Source: Bacteroidales bacterium
GTDB lineage: Bacteria; Bacteroidota; Bacteroidia; Bacteroidales; B39-G9
Assembly (NCBI GenBank): GCA_023133485.1
Contig: JAGLWK010000168.1
Span: 687-64,686, forward strand
Direction: 5' to 3'
DNA: 64,000 bases
The notes under the pieces are model-generated. The model saw nothing but the letters and a program-made list of their open reading frames with translations, did no database searches and was not told where the DNA came from. Below, piece by piece: positions 16,182-26,134 of this stretch. Numbering within the stretch: position 1 is the stretch's first letter; the number at the start of each line of letters is the position of its first letter. Position numbers and translations under genes: made by a program.

Positions 16182-18029
16182 ATGAAAACACATTTCAAAA
16201 CCTCGCTTATCAGATTTGTAAAATTTAATCTGATTTTATCATTTTTAATATTTAATTATATTAATTCTTATTCACAAGAACATTTTGACCCAAAAGTTAG
16301 AGCAAAATATATTTTTGATGTTTCAAAATATGTTAAATGGCCTAATATTTCTGATATTGATACTTTTACGATTGGTGTTCTAAATGATTCTTCATTAGTT
16401 AAAGAATTAAATTTATTAACTAATGATAAACTTACACCTGATGAAAAACCTATAAAAATCATTCTGTTTAATGATATAGAACAGATTACAAAAACTCAGA
16501 TAATATTCGACAGTAAACAAAATGAAAATAATATTGATAGTATTTTTAACAAAATTAAAGGAAATAATACATTACTTATTACTGAAAATCAAGAATTTAA
16601 TAAATCAATGTTGAATTTCATTATGGTTAATAATTTATGCAGGTTTGAATTAAATAAAAGAAAAATTGACGAGGAAAATCTTATTATACCTCAATTAATG
16701 ATTGCACAGGCAGTTAAAACCAAAGAAGACTGGGAAAAACTTTATATAAAAACCGATTATATGTTGCAAAAAGAAAAGGAAGTTGTAAGAACCCAAAAAA
16801 TTGAAATCGAAGAACAAAAAGAACAAATTACCGAACAAAATATTAAAATACAGGAACAATTAAAAAATATAAAAATCCAGCAGAAAAAAATATTTGCCCA
16901 GAAAAAAGAATTAAAATTTCTTATTGATGACATAAAAATAAAACAGGATGAATTAAACAAAACTATAAAAACCATAAACGAGCAAAAACTTCAACTATTT
17001 GAGCAAAAAGCACAGGTTGAAAAACAAAAAGAAATACTTGATATTCAGAAATCTGAAATAGAAAATCAGGAAAATGAAATAAATGAACAAAAGAAAGACC
17101 TGAACAAACTTTTAGCTGAACTTAAAATGCAAAGAGTAATATTATTCCTATTTATTATTTTGTTTTTTGTTATCTCTGGTTTAGGATATGTTAGCTACAG
17201 GGCATATAAAATCAAGAAAGAAGCAAATATTATTCTGCATGAAAAAAATGTTGAAATTAGTCGGCAAAAACAGGAAATATTGGATAGTATTAATTATGCC
17301 AGTAGAATTCAGGCTGCTGTACTCCCACCGGAAGAATTTTTAACTAAAATTTTACCCGAAAATTTCTTCATTCTTAATAAACCACGTGATGTAGTTAGCG
17401 GCGACTATTACTGGATGGCATTAAAAGATGATAAAATTGTAATTGCTGTTGCCGATTGCACAGGACATGGTGTGCCGGGAGCTTTTATGAGCATGCTCGG
17501 TATAAGTTTTATGAACGAAATTATTAAAAAAGATGATGTAATAAATGCTGATGAAATATTAAATTTACTCAGAGATAATGTTATTAAGTCTTTACACCAG
17601 ACAGGTGAATCCGGCGAAAGCAAGGACGGAATGGACATCGCATTATGTGTTCTCGATCTTGATAAAAATATTTTACAATATTCCGGTGCATATAATCCAC
17701 TTTATTTGATCAGAAATAAGGAACTTCTTCAATTCAAGGCAGATAAAATGCCAATCGGGATTCATATTCATAAAGAAAGACCTTTCACAAATCATGTAAT
17801 TGATATTCAAAAAGATGATTCTATTTATATCTTTTCGGACGGTTATGTTGACCAGTTTGGCGGAGAAAAAAATTCTAAGTTTAAAATAAAACCATTTAAA
17901 CAATTATTGATTGATATTCAGGATAAAACTATGAACGAACAAAAAGAAATTCTAAATAAAACCATAGAAAAATGGAAAGGCTCATACGACCAGATTGATG
18001 ATATCCTTGTTATGGGAATTAAAATCTAA
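16182..18029 (+). CDS. Membrane receptor PP2C phosphatase: YfiR-like (DUF4154) periplasmic domain, coiled coil, TM helix and SpoIIE domain
   Basis: The N-terminus KVRAKYIFDVSKYVKWPN...FTIGVLNDSSLVKELN...IKIILFNDIEQI..TQIIFDS fits DUF4154/YfiR. A Q/K/E-rich coiled coil and the TM helix VILFLFIILFFVISGLGYVSY follow. The SpoIIE motifs are ILDSINYASRIQAAVLP, VSGDYYW, VADCTGHGVPGAFMSMLG, KDGMDIALC, IFSDGYVDQFGG and QIDDILVMGIKI. Confidence 0.8.
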   Translation: MKTHFKTSLIRFVKFNLILSFLIFNYINSYSQEHFDPKVRAKYIFDVSKYVKWPNISDIDTFTIGVLNDSSLVKELNLLTNDKLTPDEKPIKIILFNDIEQITKTQIIFDSKQNENNIDSIFNKIKGNNTLLITENQEFNKSMLNFIMVNNLCRFELNKRKIDEENLIIPQLMIAQAVKTKEDWEKLYIKTDYMLQKEKEVVRTQKIEIEEQKEQITEQNIKIQEQLKNIKIQQKKIFAQKKELKFLIDDIKIKQDELNKTIKTINEQKLQLFEQKAQVEKQKEILDIQKSEIENQENEINEQKKDLNKLLAELKMQRVILFLFIILFFVISGLGYVSYRAYKIKKEANIILHEKNVEISRQKQEILDSINYASRIQAAVLPPEEFLTKILPENFFILNKPRDVVSGDYYWMALKDDKIVIAVADCTGHGVPGAFMSMLGISFMNEIIKKDDVINADEILNLLRDNVIKSLHQTGESGESKDGMDIALCVLDLDKNILQYSGAYNPLYLIRNKELLQFKADKMPIGIHIHKERPFTNHVIDIQKDDSIYIFSDGYVDQFGGEKNSKFKIKPFKQLLIDIQDKTMNEQKEILNKTIEKWKGSYDQIDDILVMGIKI

Positions 18030-18113
18030 GATTTGTTGGTTTTATGCAATAGTTGTATCCAATTAAAGAAATTAAATTTGGATTGTAAACTACTCTTAGT
18101 AAAAGGCTTTTTT

Positions 18114-18121
18114 TAAATTTG
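18114..18121 (+). promoter_or_regulatory. Candidate -7 promoter box (TAnnTTTG) upstream of the gldH-like gene
   Basis: TAAATTTG lies 27 nt upstream of the ATG at 18148. A second copy sits at 18073-18080. Confidence 0.3.
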
Positions 18122-18147
18122 GAAAAAGAATGTTAAAATAAAAAAAA

Positions 18148-18615
18148 ATGATTCGATCATTAACAATATTAGCAATAATAATAGGCTTAATTGGCTGTCA
18201 TCCAAGAGGGAGAATTTATGTAAAACACCAAAAATTATCTCCTAATCTGGAATGGTTAAAGAAAGATACACGAGAATTTAAGGTACCCATTAAAGACAAT
18301 AATATTGCATATAATATGAGTTTATCATTTCGATATGTCCACGGTTATCAGTATCAAGTTGCAAAAGTAAAAGTAACCGAAACCAGTCCGAGCGGTAAAG
18401 AAACGGTAAAAGAATACGATTTAAAAGTACGAGAAGACAAGGGTGATTACATTGGAGAACCGGGTTATGACATCTGGGATAGTGAGCATTTAGTAGAGCC
18501 TAACAAAATATATGAAGAAACAGGTTCTTACACTTATGTAATAGAGCACAACATGTCCAAGGACCCATTATATTTTGTCATGGAAATAGGCGTAATATTG
18601 GATAAGGTAAAATAA
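18148..18615 (+). CDS. gldH: GldH-like gliding-motility lipoprotein
   Basis: 155 aa lipoprotein (LIGC). Size and motif spacing resemble GldH (..W.K.D...F.......YN......R....Y.Y..........P.G...). The assignment comes from memory of the family and was not searched. Confidence 0.5.
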   Translation: MIRSLTILAIIIGLIGCHPRGRIYVKHQKLSPNLEWLKKDTREFKVPIKDNNIAYNMSLSFRYVHGYQYQVAKVKVTETSPSGKETVKEYDLKVREDKGDYIGEPGYDIWDSEHLVEPNKIYEETGSYTYVIEHNMSKDPLYFVMEIGVILDKVK

Positions 18616-18671
18616 AACTATTCAAAAAAATGATTTTTTAATATTTTTTATAAACTTAAAATTAAAATGAC

Positions 18672-19352
18672 ATGAAAGAACAAGTTCAGATTTTATTAGA
18701 AAGCTCTCAAGAATTCTTAAATGAAATAGCAAGAGCAGTTCCTAAAGTTATCGGTGCATTATTAATTCTATTAATAGGATGGTTAATTGCAAAATTAGTA
18801 AAGAAATTTTTTATTAAACTTTTGAAATTAGTTAAACTAAATTATTTGACAGAAAAGTCAGGTATAGATAAATTTTTAAAAGATGGTGGGGTAAAATTAT
18901 CAGCTATTGATTTAATTGGTAGTTTGTTCTACTGGCTAATAATGTTGATTGTTATTATGGCAGCTTTAAATTCAGTGCAATTAACAAGTGCCAAAGAATT
19001 ATTTAATCAAATAATTTTATACATCCCTAATATTATTGTTGCAATAATTATTTTATTATTAGGATTATATGTTGCTAAATTTATTTCTCAAACAGTTGCT
19101 GTTGCTTTAACAAATATGAAAGATAAGACATCTCACTTAATCGAAAAAATAACATATTATGCTATAGTTGTTTTAACAATTTTTATAGTTTTAAGTCAAT
19201 TAAATATTGCAGAGAATATTATTACCATTGCTTTCCTTTTAATTTTTGGTGCATTTTGTTTAGCATTTGGTTTGGCATTTGGATTAGGTGGAAAAGATTA
19301 TGCTGCTGATTTATTAAAGAAACTATATGATAAAGAGAAAGAGCAAAAGTAG
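18672..19352 (+). CDS. Membrane protein with conserved TM-helix repeats (PF05552-like)
   Basis: Repeated units of the form ..P.(I/V)IGALLILLIGWLIAKLVKKF.. and IPNIIVAIIILLLGLYVAKFISQ. Confidence 0.55.
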   Translation: MKEQVQILLESSQEFLNEIARAVPKVIGALLILLIGWLIAKLVKKFFIKLLKLVKLNYLTEKSGIDKFLKDGGVKLSAIDLIGSLFYWLIMLIVIMAALNSVQLTSAKELFNQIILYIPNIIVAIIILLLGLYVAKFISQTVAVALTNMKDKTSHLIEKITYYAIVVLTIFIVLSQLNIAENIITIAFLLIFGAFCLAFGLAFGLGGKDYAADLLKKLYDKEKEQK

Positions 19353-19470
19353 CAAGATAAAGTAAAAACAGTACACATATACTGTATGGTTAATTACTGA
19401 GACAGTAGTAAAATCAAGGCTCGTAGCCTGTTAAAGCGGTGTTGCTTCTTAACAAGAAGTTATTCAGCTG

Positions 19471-19496
19471 AGCGGAATTTGCAATTCCGCTTTTTT
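19471..19496 (+). terminator. Rho-independent terminator
   Basis: agcggaatt-tgc-aattccgct is followed by tttttt. It lies 119 nt after the stop of 18672-19352 and 10 nt before the ATG at 19507. Confidence 0.8.
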
Positions 19497-19506
19497 ATAT
19501 TGTTGA

Positions 19507-21003
19507 ATGTATAAAGTACAAAAAATCATAATTATGAAAAAAAGTTTATCTGGAGTGCTAATTGGAATTTTGTTACAATTTTTAATACAAGCTCAAACAA
19601 TTCCTTCAAATTGGCAATCATTATATAACGAATTAGAAGAAAAATTAGAATTTATTGATAGTTCTTTAAATGATAATTGGAACGGAGACAAATATTGTAC
19701 AAACTATTGTACCAATTTAATGCCTGCCAATAGTTCAAAAGGTCCCGATTTACTTACACAATTACCCACACTATATGTTGTAAAAAAACATTTGGATGCT
19801 ATTGATTCTATTGGAATAAATACTATAGATTTAGCAATTCAATATCCAACTCTTGTTAACTCATTCCCACAATCTGATGAATATCTTGAATACTATAAGC
19901 TTGTAATACAAGAAATTCGAAATAGGGGTATGAATATAATTATTGGTTGTCAAGCAACAGTGAGAGATAGTGTTTATGGACATATGCCAGTTGATTCATT
20001 TTATACAGGATTAAATTCAATAAGATATAAAAACGAAAAACTTCAAATGCTTCAAACCATTATAGATACTCTTCAACCAGATTATCTAACAATTGAAATG
20101 GAACCACAAACACAAGCAGACAATCTTCCTTTAGATTTTTCTATAGATAGTGTAATGAATTATATTGACTATTTTATGAATGAATTAAATAAAAATGGGG
20201 TTTTTATTGGGGCAGGTTCCGGAACATGGGATGATCTTGTATTTATTGATTCTATTGCAAGATTACCGGAAATAGATTATATAGATTATCATATTTATCC
20301 AATTAACCAGAATTGTTTTATTGATAAGGTTTTTAAAATTGATTCAATAGCCAATATTTACAATAAAAAATTAGTAATTGGTGAAAGTTGGCTTTATAAA
20401 GCAACTGACACTGAACTTATAGACACAACTTTATCACCTGCTGATATTTTTTACAGGGATGTTTTTAGTTTCTGGATACCTCTAGATTCATTATTTTTTA
20501 CCACTGTTGTAAAATTAAGCCATTATTCTAAAATTGAAATCACTTCACTTATATGGTCTAATTTGTTTTTTGCATATATTGATTATATTTCTGATTATGA
20601 TACTATGTGGCCAGGGCAAATACTTAATATAGCTTATGTTGAGGCAGGTCCAAATATATTGTCAAACACCCTTAATCCAATTGGAGAATTGTATAAGACA
20701 CTTATTGAGGATGCATGTGATACTATTACAAAAATTAATAATTATGAAAAAGAATCTTTAAGAAATATTGAAATATATCCTAATCCTTTTTCTCATTCTT
20801 TCACTATTAAATTCCATAATCCTGAAGAAAAAACCCATACTCTATTAATATATAATGTAAAAGGCGAAATAATCCGATGTATTCATGGAATTACAAATAA
20901 TACAATAAAAGTTGAAAACATTAATTATGCAAATGGTTTATACTTTTACCAATTATACAATAATGAAAAAATCATTGGAACCGGGAAATTTATTAAAAAG
21001 TAA
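19507..21003 (+). CDS. Secreted protein with a T9SS type-A C-terminal sorting domain and a possible clan GH-A (TIM barrel) glycosidase core
   Basis: The C-terminus IEIYPNPFSHSFTIKF...LLIYNVKGEII...NGLYFYQL...GKFIKK is a Por/T9SS sorting domain. Candidate catalytic Glu motifs are LTIEMEPQ and VIGESWLY. The start is more likely the ATG at 19534 (MKKSLSGVLIGILLQF). Confidence 0.6.
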   Translation: MYKVQKIIIMKKSLSGVLIGILLQFLIQAQTIPSNWQSLYNELEEKLEFIDSSLNDNWNGDKYCTNYCTNLMPANSSKGPDLLTQLPTLYVVKKHLDAIDSIGINTIDLAIQYPTLVNSFPQSDEYLEYYKLVIQEIRNRGMNIIIGCQATVRDSVYGHMPVDSFYTGLNSIRYKNEKLQMLQTIIDTLQPDYLTIEMEPQTQADNLPLDFSIDSVMNYIDYFMNELNKNGVFIGAGSGTWDDLVFIDSIARLPEIDYIDYHIYPINQNCFIDKVFKIDSIANIYNKKLVIGESWLYKATDTELIDTTLSPADIFYRDVFSFWIPLDSLFFTTVVKLSHYSKIEITSLIWSNLFFAYIDYISDYDTMWPGQILNIAYVEAGPNILSNTLNPIGELYKTLIEDACDTITKINNYEKESLRNIEIYPNPFSHSFTIKFHNPEEKTHTLLIYNVKGEIIRCIHGITNNTIKVENINYANGLYFYQLYNNEKIIGTGKFIKK

Positions 21004-21186
21004 ACACCACATACAATCAAGGAATTAAAATTAGGTTTTGTTGGTATTTCTTAATCGCTAAAAATTCGTGAACTAAACAAAGTGATTTCAGCAAAGTTAA
21101 TTTTTCGGGTTAAGAAACAATTCATTAAATATTATAAATGTTGATTTTTTATTTGAGAATTCAATAATTCTAAATTTGGAAGAACA

Positions 21187-21317
21187 ATAATTTAATAGAT
21201 TACTCCCTTCGGTCATGAGAAAAATTCCTGCTTTCGCAGGAATGACAGGCAGAAGTGTCTTTTTACAGTTCCTGTCATTCCGCACTTGATGCGGAATCTA
21301 TTAACTTATTGACATTG
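21187..21317. mobile_element. MITE-like element, TIR family CAATGTCAATAAGTTAA, copy 3 (left end degenerate, with a small internal insertion)
   Basis: The right TIR ttaacttattgacattg (21301-21317) is intact. Both internal hairpins are present. About 22 extra bp (actcccttcggtcatgagaaaa) are inserted after taatttaatagatt. It explains the spurious ORF 21097-21285 (..VIPAKAGIF..). Confidence 0.6.
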
Positions 21318-21484
21318 GTCGGTTGGATGGGAAACGAACGTTTATTCAAATCCCTAATTGCTTCAATCAAAAATACTTGTTCAAACAAGCTATTACAATA
21401 GAGTAATAATCGTAATTCATATAAAGTGAAAGCAACATATTTGTTGTTTTCATAAATTACCAGCTAATCGGATAATTTGCTGTT

Positions 21485-21706
21485 CTATTCACACTCATAT
21501 TCAGAAGTAGCATCACCAATAGTAATAGGGTCTTTATTTTCTATTTCTTCAAGAGCTTCATCGCAATATTCTACCCAGTCTCCGTATTCTACAGTACCAT
21601 CAGTATAGGTGGTTTTTGTACGGCAATTTGCACAATCTTCTTCACAAGATATAAACACAAAACCTGTTATAAAAAGAATAATTACTACTAATATTAATTT
21701 TTTCAT
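21485..21706 (-). CDS. Small Cys-rich lipoprotein, hypothetical
   Basis: 73 aa with lipobox FVFISC. The mature part contains a further five Cys residues (CEEDCANC...YC...YEC). Confidence 0.5.
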   Translation of the reverse strand: MKKLILVVIILFITGFVFISCEEDCANCRTKTTYTDGTVEYGDWVEYCDEALEEIENKDPITIGDATSEYECE

Positions 21707-21831
21707 CTGTATTAAAGATTTATTATTATTTGATATATATTCAAATTTATAACATTTAATTCAAATTTCATATTTTATCTAAAATTATTTACCCGATAGA
21801 TTTCAAAGAAGATAATTTTTTGGTATTACAT

Positions 21832-24822
21832 CTATTTTACAAGATTAAACATATTTAATTTATTCAGATATAAAGTAAAACGAACTTTTTGCCAGTAATT
21901 GTCTGTAATTTCATTACTGTAATTATTTATATCTTCTGAAACAATAAATGGAAAATATATTTCAAAAACGTCAGAAATTATTGAAATATTAGCACCTGCT
22001 TCATAAGCAAATGATTTTACATTGGGATAATTTTGAATTTTTGTAGCATTTCCAAAAGCAGCAAAATTTGCATATAATTTTACAGGCATTTTAGCGTCAA
22101 ATGGCAGTGATGAAGTTAAGTTAAGAGCAAGCAACCAATCGTTTGTTTGCCCGAAAGGTGTGTAAATAGCAAATCCCCCGTCATTTTTTACGAATTGATG
22201 AGCAAGAACAGAATTATTATTTGCCTCAATATTTTCAAACCTTCCCATGAATATATTTTCATACATATAATCCTGATTTCCTGAACTTCCACTAAGAGAA
22301 AAATTATAAATACCTGACATATTATTATCATGATATAAAAATGTACCTCCAAATAATCTGATACTTAATCCCTTTTGTTTGTAATATGAAATTTTATATG
22401 TTGTTTCTACAGAGCTTTTTACATAATTATTAGAACCTTTAATATTTAAAGAAATCTTATAAGGATTAATCCTCCTTCTATTAACGTGTTTATATTCAAT
22501 ATTGTGGAAAAATTTGTTTGATGTTTTACTATTAGTGAGTATATCAGCAATATCGGTTGCAGCTATTGATTTAATATTTACATAATTACTTTTTGAACTT
22601 TTTGGACTTTGTTTTTTAAATGTAAAGTTTGCTTCTGTTTTAATTTTTTGAAAATTGTTTCCTTGTTTTTCTTCAAAAGCATATTGAAAAGCAGACAGAC
22701 TTAAAGTTAATCTCTGAACACAAGTATTGTATGGATAAATATTATAACTTATTTTTCCTGAACCTGCAAGGTCTTCTGTTCCGAAACTATAAAGCGGTAC
22801 TAATTGATAATCAAGCTTTTGTATAGGAATCATCCCATTATGAAAAAGAGCTCCAAGCATATATTTATTATAATTATTCCAGCCAAAAGCAGGTATAAAA
22901 TTAATTTGTGAATTATTAGGATTTTCAAGTATTCCTGTAAGTTGAAATCTTAACGGTTCAATCTTTTTAAAAATTCCTGATGTTTTCATTGAGTTATTTT
23001 TTCTGTATAATTCCAACATTTTTTCTGAATAGTCAATTTCAAGTTTATCAACATTTATGTTTGGAATATTAAGCCATTTTTCTCCCTCAAAGCCTTCATG
23101 CCAGTTAGTAAAAATTATGCTATCATTTGTTATACCGGAGATTGATAAAGGCGAATTTATTTGTCCGAGATTTTTTATTAGAACTTTATCATTGTTTATT
23201 TTTTTGATTTTATAATCAATTTTTTTAGTAGTTTTTAAAATATCATCAAAAAACCAGTCAAGATTTTTTTCTGTTTTTTCTTCAAATATTTTTCTGATAT
23301 CTTCAGGATACGGGTGTTTATATTGCCATTTCTTGAAAAATTCCTGCATAATTTCATTAAACTTTTCTTCACCGAGATAATTCATTAAATAATGAAATGA
23401 TAATGCTGTTTTAGCATAAGCAATTGCCGAATAATTTTGTGGCATATAATCCTCAGAATGAAGGTTAGCAGGCTGGTCAAGATTACTTCTTGCCATCATT
23501 AAATACTGCAATTCATGTAATGTTTTATAAGGATATGTTTCTATTCCTAATAATTTTGCCATTTTTTCTTCAACAATCATTTTATATACTTTATTATCAG
23601 GATATTTTGTCTGCATATATCTTGATTCGCTGAATGAATTTATTCCTTCGTCCATCCATGTATATCTTCTTTCGTTAAAACCAATCATTCCATAGAACCA
23701 ATTATGACCAACTTCGTGCATAATAATCATTTCAAGCATTAACGGGGTTTTAGTCTTGGTAATAACTGTTATTGTCGGGTATTCCATTCCACCACCTGCA
23801 GTACATCCTCCCAGAACAGCAGAACAATTATTATAAGGATATTCTCCATACCATAATGAATAATAATAAAGTGCATCATTAATATATTCTAAAGAGTTTA
23901 ACCAGTTTTCTGCATTGATATTAGTAAACATTGCCCATGTGGTAACTTTTTTCCCTGTATTTGGTAATTCAACTTCTCCCTTTAAAACATAGTATCGTTT
24001 ATCGGCAAACCATGCAAAATCATGAATATTTTTTTCTGTATAACGTAGAGTTTTTGTTAAAGAATCAGAAGGTGGGATATCCATGTCTTTTTTATTAAAA
24101 CTTTCTATTTTTTCTGTTTCTTTTATTTTTTGCTCAAGCCACATTAGTTCATCTTTATTCATTAAATTACCTGTAGCTCCAACCACATAATTTTTTGGAA
24201 GTGTTATTGAAACATCAAAAGAGCCAAATTCGGAATAAAATTCACCCATATTAAGATATGGCATTTGATTCCATCCGTATTTATCGTACACTGCGGGCTT
24301 CGGATACCATTGTGTAATTTGGTAAGATTGTTCATTATGCCCTAATCGCGAAGTAACTCCTTTTGGAATTTTTACATGAAATGGAGTGGTAATAATTATT
24401 TTATCGCCGCTTTTTAAGGGTTTATTTAAGATTAACTTACAAATATCAATATGTTCAGTATCGTATTCCCATTTTATTTGTTTACCATTAACTTTAAAAT
24501 CAAGCGAATCAATATAGCCTCTTTGAGTTTCGAGATTAAAAAGCTTATATTTTCCTCTATTTTCAATTTTTTGTGCTGCTAATGCAGTAGAATTGTTGTC
24601 ATAAGCATTTGGCCATAAATGGAAATAGATGAAATCAAGGTCATCGGGTGAATTATTTATGTATTCAATAGTTTCAACTGCAAATAATTCATGCTTTATA
24701 TCATCTAAGCGAACATCTATTTTATAATTTACTTCCTGTTGAAAATATTCCTGAGTATAAGAATATGTAATCGAAAATATAATTATACAAAAAAGAAAAA
24801 TTAACGATTTTATTTGTTTCAT
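21832..24822 (-). CDS. M1-family zinc metallopeptidase (aminopeptidase N-like), large secreted form
   Basis: Signal peptide. HEVGHNWFYGMIGFNERRYTWMDEGINSF is the HExxH-x18-E gluzincin motif. Confidence 0.85.
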   Translation of the reverse strand: MKQIKSLIFLFCIIIFSITYSYTQEYFQQEVNYKIDVRLDDIKHELFAVETIEYINNSPDDLDFIYFHLWPNAYDNNSTALAAQKIENRGKYKLFNLETQRGYIDSLDFKVNGKQIKWEYDTEHIDICKLILNKPLKSGDKIIITTPFHVKIPKGVTSRLGHNEQSYQITQWYPKPAVYDKYGWNQMPYLNMGEFYSEFGSFDVSITLPKNYVVGATGNLMNKDELMWLEQKIKETEKIESFNKKDMDIPPSDSLTKTLRYTEKNIHDFAWFADKRYYVLKGEVELPNTGKKVTTWAMFTNINAENWLNSLEYINDALYYYSLWYGEYPYNNCSAVLGGCTAGGGMEYPTITVITKTKTPLMLEMIIMHEVGHNWFYGMIGFNERRYTWMDEGINSFSESRYMQTKYPDNKVYKMIVEEKMAKLLGIETYPYKTLHELQYLMMARSNLDQPANLHSEDYMPQNYSAIAYAKTALSFHYLMNYLGEEKFNEIMQEFFKKWQYKHPYPEDIRKIFEEKTEKNLDWFFDDILKTTKKIDYKIKKINNDKVLIKNLGQINSPLSISGITNDSIIFTNWHEGFEGEKWLNIPNINVDKLEIDYSEKMLELYRKNNSMKTSGIFKKIEPLRFQLTGILENPNNSQINFIPAFGWNNYNKYMLGALFHNGMIPIQKLDYQLVPLYSFGTEDLAGSGKISYNIYPYNTCVQRLTLSLSAFQYAFEEKQGNNFQKIKTEANFTFKKQSPKSSKSNYVNIKSIAATDIADILTNSKTSNKFFHNIEYKHVNRRRINPYKISLNIKGSNNYVKSSVETTYKISYYKQKGLSIRLFGGTFLYHDNNMSGIYNFSLSGSSGNQDYMYENIFMGRFENIEANNNSVLAHQFVKNDGGFAIYTPFGQTNDWLLALNLTSSLPFDAKMPVKLYANFAAFGNATKIQNYPNVKSFAYEAGANISIISDVFEIYFPFIVSEDINNYSNEITDNYWQKVRFTLYLNKLNMFNLVK

Positions 24823-25446
24823 AATTTGAATATTAGGTTTAACAAAAATAATTTTTAATATTAATATATCTAAGAATATTAAAATAATTAACTGAACTAA
24901 ACTGTCGGTATAATGAATTCAATTGTATAATAATTGTAGTTAATTATTTTTTAATATTATATTGTATGACGACTTAAAGTAACAATAAGTTACAAATAAT
25001 TTTATCAAGTTTTTACATTGTTCAATTGTTTCATTACTCACAGAATATTTTTTTTATATTGTGTTCGTGAGATTGCTTCGCTAAGTTGTTCTATTGTTAT
25101 TTTCCATATTATACCATTTGTAATTATAAAATAGTTCAAGGGTTATTTTATAATTTTACCACGGTTAATGCCAGTGCTATACCGACGTATCGGTACAGGC
25201 TATGAAAATAGTCTAATAAAATTTGACTATAGTGAATGTCCAACCGGTATTATTTGTATTTCAATCCCGAGTACTCGGGAAACAATTTGATAAAAAACTA
25301 AAACAGTTTTTATTCCTGCCAGCAGGCAGGTTGAAATATCAATAGTAGAACAGATTACAGAGTTTTCTTGCAAGCTCTAATTAGTTATTTATATTTGGAT
25401 ACTTTTTGGGTATTAATATTAATTACTAAATTTATCAAATATATAA

Positions 25447-26130
25447 TTGCAAATTTTTATGACTGAGAAAAGACGTTTTTTTCATAGTCTGATATTTCCA
25501 TGTTTTTTCCTATTTATAATATGGATTATTAAACTTTTTGAATATTTTTTTGACCTTGATTTATCTGTTTATGGTATTTTCCCTTTAAAAATTAAAGGTT
25601 TATTAGGAATAATTACTTCTCCTTTAATTCATGGAGATTTTAATCATTTAATAGCAAATTCAATTCCAATACTGGTTTTAAGTACCGGGATATTTTATTT
25701 TTATCGAAATATTGCATATAAAGTCTTTTTCCTGATATATTTAATTGCAGGAATTTGGATTTGGCTTAGTGCCAGGCAAGCATATCATATTGGATGTAGT
25801 GGTTTAATATATGGATTTGCATCATTTCTGTTTTTTAGTGGTATTCTCAGTAAAGACAGGAAATTAATGGCAATTTCATTATTAACAATATTTTTATATG
25901 GCGGGTTAATTTGGGGAATATTTCCGCTAAAGAAAAATATTTCATGGGAATCGCATTTATTGGGGATGATTGCCGGAATTGTTTTGGCATTTTATTACAA
26001 AAATTATAAACCAGGACAAGAACTTAGTAAAACCATTGATATATCAGGAGAAGCTAATCAGGATATTACATTTGATAATATTGATATATATTATCATTTT
26101 TCAGAAGACATAACAGAAGAAGAACAATAA
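25447..26130 (+). CDS. Rhomboid-family intramembrane serine protease
   Basis: Six or seven TM helices. The catalytic motifs are GCSGLIYGF (GxSG) and HLLGMIAGIV (His). The track start is a TTG, and the ATG at 25459 is the more likely start. Confidence 0.8.
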   Translation: MQIFMTEKRRFFHSLIFPCFFLFIIWIIKLFEYFFDLDLSVYGIFPLKIKGLLGIITSPLIHGDFNHLIANSIPILVLSTGIFYFYRNIAYKVFFLIYLIAGIWIWLSARQAYHIGCSGLIYGFASFLFFSGILSKDRKLMAISLLTIFLYGGLIWGIFPLKKNISWESHLLGMIAGIVLAFYYKNYKPGQELSKTIDISGEANQDITFDNIDIYYHFSEDITEEEQ

Positions 26131-26134
26131 CTTT

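Noticed and set aside
15448-16228. ORFs 15448-15702 and 15935-16228 in the 645 bp gap upstream of the YfiR-SpoIIE gene
   Set aside because: Neither has a recognisable motif. The first overlaps the end of the beta-helix lipoprotein gene out of frame, and the second overlaps the start of 16182-18029. Their composition looks like non-coding AT-rich DNA.
19353-19500. SRP RNA, tmRNA, 6S RNA or a tRNA in structured intergenic segments
   Set aside because: No conserved SRP domain IV motif, no tRNA cloverleaf with T-loop GTTCRANYC, and no tmRNA tag region is visible. The same negative result holds for the other large gaps I read (8461-8950, 15537-16181, 24823-25446, 33262-33571, 37311-37645).
21097-21285. 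62 aa ORF (..LLPVIPAKAGIFLMTEGSNLL..)
   Set aside because: It lies entirely inside the repeat cluster and MITE copy. The peptide words VIPAKAGI and MTEGS are translations of the hairpin modules, which recur in several loci in both orientations.
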